From Octopus vulgaris (lineage: Eukaryota): DNA of 64,000 nucleotides. The DNA is taken from contig OX597821.1 in the NCBI GenBank assembly GCA_951406725.2, positions 63,178,001-63,242,000 of the forward strand. The letters are read 5' to 3'. The first letter of the stretch is position 1; each line of letters starts with the position of its first letter. Both the position numbers and the translations under genes were made by a program. This document shows positions 59,690 through 64,000 of the stretch, in pieces. The notes under the pieces are model-generated. The model made no database searches and was not told the origin of the DNA. It saw only the letters and a list, made by a program, of their open reading frames with translations.

Positions 59690-60185
59690 GTGGTAGTAGC
59701 AGCGGCAGCAGCATTACTAATAGCATTAGTAATAGTAGTAGTAGTAGTGGTGAGGACGAGGTGGTGGAAGTTGTAGCAGCAGCAACACCACCTGTATTAG
59801 TAGTAGTAATTATTGTAGTAGTAATAGTAGTAGTAGTAGTAGATGTAAAGGAGAAAGGGGAGGGGTGGTAGTTTTAACAGCACCACCACAACTAGTAGTA
59901 GTAGTAGTAGTAGAGTGAGATGTGGTGGTGGTATTTGTGACAGCAGCAGCAGCACTAGTAGTAGTAGTAGTAACAGTAGTAGCAGTGGTAGCAGTAGTAG
60001 TAGTAATGGTAGAGTGGAGGAGGAGGAGGAGGAGGAGGGGGAAGAGGAGGTAGTGTTAGTTGTAGCAGCACCACCACCATCACAGTAGTAGTAGTAGTAG
60101 TAGTAGTGATGGTGGTGGTGATGGTAGTAGTAGTAGTAGTAGTTGATGTTGAGTGTTGCTATTGTTGCTGTTATTGTTGTAGTAC
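59690..60185. repeat. (GTA)n/(GCA)n/(GGA)n compound trinucleotide repeat
   Basis: Direct reading. Confidence 0.92.
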
Positions 60186-60519
60186 TAGGGATGAAGTGGG
60201 AATATAAGCATCATTATGGTCCTCGAGTGCCTGTGTAATAAAAAAGAAATCGATATTAATATCGATATTAGTATCAATAGCCATTATCAGAAATCAGCAC
60301 ACTGTAAAAGAAAATTGCGAATATGACGTCTTATCGGCGGCAATTTGCTGGAGACTTTTATTCAATTTTCAATTCCATATTATAACTACAATGGAGCCAG
60401 CGCATTTATAAATAACTGTTATGAGAACAGCTCTGTTAATGAAACTATGCTACAAATCGTTCCTTTAAAATGAGTGTTTTATTGACAATATATATACGAC
60501 GGACACGCTTAACATAACT

Positions 60520-60720
60520 TGCTAGGAATATTAGCATAGAACAAAAGAAACATATTGACATAAACTATAATATGTCCGACAATCTGAGCTCAAAATGCGG
60601 TGGAATTCGTTGCCGTGTTTCATGTTTGGCGGGTCGATAAAATAAGTATCGTTTGAATAATAGAGTCGCTTTTATTGAGTAGAGCAGCTACCATATTTCA
60701 AGGCGAAATGTTTGTCATAA
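60520..60720 (+). mobile_element. SINE family B, very degenerate
   Basis: tctgagctcaaaatgcg...tttcatgtttggcgggtcgataaaataagtatc. Confidence 0.55.
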
Positions 60721-62983
60721 AATCAACTATTTTGTACAACAGATTTAAAGATTGATAGAAAACAAAACTTCGAATATGTAAATATGTCCGAGTCTATGTA
60801 AATACATTTTTAAAGACTTCTATCGAATGAATGTCAAAAAACCGCAATCCTTTGATATAGACTCTTTGGTTATAAGGTAGAGGCTAAAATCTATGTCGAG
60901 GCATTTAAACAATTTTGTATGTCAACAGCACAACACTTTGTTATAGTAAACAGCTGTACATTTACTTTTGTCATAAATTATACACACGTATCACAGGAGC
61001 TGACACATATTCGGAAGAAATAAAGAATTGCTGTTTAGAACTATTTTTTAACAATCATATTCAGCTTATGCTAACGGTATATTTTGTTTCGTTTCACAGC
61101 TTTCTTTCATTTATTTTTCCTTTCACACCCATACATTCTAACTATTCTCTTTTTTTTTTTTTTTTTTTGTTCAGTCGATATTTTATTCTGCTTTTTAAGA
61201 AATTATGGCGTAAATTCTGTGACATGCAACAGCTTCAACAGTGTAACGAAACCCTCGTTAGTTCTAAAATCAAAGAGATATAATTGTTGAAAATTATCCA
61301 CATCAAACGCTATTCTGAAGTATGCAAAGCTTTCAACTCTACTTTCACTAACGATGCATAAGTTAAATCACACTTTTTAAAAATACAACAGAAAGTATTT
61401 TCTTCTGATCTATTTCTCACGATATGAAGTAAAATTAGATTATATGCCGAGCAGGAAAGTACAAATGGATAAAAAAGTTATTTTCACTATTGTGGCATCA
61501 AAGTTTCGGTTCTTCTATGTGATATTTTGGGAATATATAGAGAATGGCTCAGTTTTAACCATATGAAGTTGAATAGACAAAATTGCATAAAGTGCCCCAT
61601 AGATTCTAAATGAAGATTATCACACGGTTACATGTCTGGAACACTAAACTTAAGTTCCGCTAATAAAAATAATATACCATAGCATACGCACACATAAAAA
61701 AAACACGCACATACACACAGATAAACACACGTATAAATACATACACACAAATATATGTATGTACATATGACAAGGATTCATTGTACTCTAATCACTCTCC
61801 ATATTGTGGTTCACCTATCGCGCCCTCAGTACATCGCGGATTTTTCTGACTAATATATGTAAATGCAGAAAATGTCTGTCTCGCTATTGGCTAAAAATAC
61901 TGTTTTTTCAATTTGTAAACCTCAGTAACTTTTTTCTCCATTTTTTTTCCTCCGCAACATCACACCTTCGAAGCAATGAGACTGAAAGGCTACATTATTA
62001 TAGCTGATTTTCAGATTAAAAAAATGCACATTTTGCGAATGGAAAAAAGCTAGATCCTTTGTTTTTAACTACTAACTATCTACTTTATGCACAACCCTAC
62101 ATAAAACAGAACTAAAATAAATTTAAATATTAGAAAATCACAGTGTGGGTGAAATTCGAAAGTAAACATGTTCTTTTGGGCTTTAGGCGTGTGGAAAATA
62201 AGTGAAAAACTATTACAATGACTGTTTTAATACCCAGAAAAGACGTATACATAATCTTTTCCAATCACTAGCTTACGCCAACTTCTATATTAAACAAATC
62301 AGACTAGTACATATGTCAGTCGCCAAATTTGTGTATTCGTGAACTTGATGATTCGTTATTAATTTTAAAATATCTATTTTAAACACGACCCATCTTAAAT
62401 CTGAAAAACGAACTTAAATCAATTTTAGAAAGAGTGATTGGTTTACCATTTACAAACCATAATAAGCAGCATTAAAGTCATCCAGTAATAATGATAAATG
62501 CGAAAGCAACAACTAATAATGAGACTTCCGCGTCGTTGTTTGATTACCTAGGAAATGATATGACATTCTGTCGACTCACAGTCTGGGCGATAGATGAAAT
62601 AGGTTAGTCCCAGATACCTGAATAAATTATGAAGGGTTTGTGGAGGGAACGCCTTTGATCATAAGTGTGCTTTTTCCCAGAACTGAGCTTGAGTTAAACA
62701 TCAACATTTCCCATGATTTAGGAAGGCTGTATTTTTAGCTTTTAATCCAATTTGTGCAGATCAATATGTCTCATTAGAAATGCTAGTATCTTTAATTCTG
62801 TTTCCATTCACTTTTAAATAAATTAGCTTAGACAGAAAATACCTGATTAAATTCTTTGTAATTGAATGTGTCTGTACTTTTTAAATTCTTATTTTTCAGA
62901 TAAGAAACATTCGAATACACACAAAGAGATGTATATATGCATGTATGTACGTCTATGTATGTATATGTGTATGTATGTGTGTT

Positions 62984-63039
<56 letters not shown>

Positions 63040-63589
63040 AAACGAATGTGATGTAGATGGGTTACTATACACATTATATTCTCATAAATCATCTATGATA
63101 CAGGACAAAAATACATGTCATCAGATACGAGAAATATGATAAGGTTATCGGTGCTCGTTAGACCTTACAGTTGAAATGTCATTGGAGAACATTGATAAAA
63201 ATAAATATATTGTAATGGGAATATCATAAATGATAAAAAATTTTTATCATTATTATCACAAATATTCGAATGACGAGTGAGATAAACGATTGAGAGATGA
63301 ATTAAGCACATTCCTATATTTAAATTTGTTCGTCATATAAAGAGTGCGAAACATTAATTTTTTTTCCTGGGTGAATAAAATAAATACCTGTGAAAATTAT
63401 AGATTTTTTCAATATCAGAAATTCTATGTAACACTACGTGGTAGACGAGTTGTAGAAAATACTAATAAGTAAGAATGTAGAGACTAACGCCTGAAAGTCT
63501 GATGGAACACAAATATTCACACACACACACACGCACACACACATACACGCACACACACATACACGCACACACACATACACCTACTTATA

Positions 63590-63914
<325 letters not shown>

Positions 63915-64000
63915 ACGTACATACATATATACATACATCAACATATATTTTATGCATAGTCATATATACATACAAAGACATGCATATATATAAGTGTGTG

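Overview
AT-rich, microsatellite-saturated eukaryotic DNA; the SINE, LINE and Penelope families point to an octopus (coleoid cephalopod), which is an inference from repeat content. The only host-gene sequence I can support is two spliced + strand exons (22458-22631, 24284-24570). They encode the last two CCP/sushi domains and the stop codon of a LEV-9/Hasp-like acetylcholine-receptor clustering protein. The rest is intron or intergenic DNA containing many tRNA-derived SINEs, R4/Dong-type LINEs in (TAA)n, decayed RTE, Tx1 and CR1 LINEs, Tc1/mariner and probable Helitron remnants, and several Penelope-like fragments. Two structures stand out. First, a set of small type I hammerhead ribozyme motifs with palindromic stem III and non-canonical cores sits in Penelope tails and in palindromic mini-elements. 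Second, a 4 kb nested locus (33193-37245) is a head-to-head tRNA-like palindrome whose (TAA)n arm holds two different Dong LINEs, both 5'-truncated at the RT YMDD motif. Almost all ORFs in the supplied track are microsatellite artefacts. Family assignments come from manual translation and remembered motifs, not database searches; boundaries of decayed elements are approximate.
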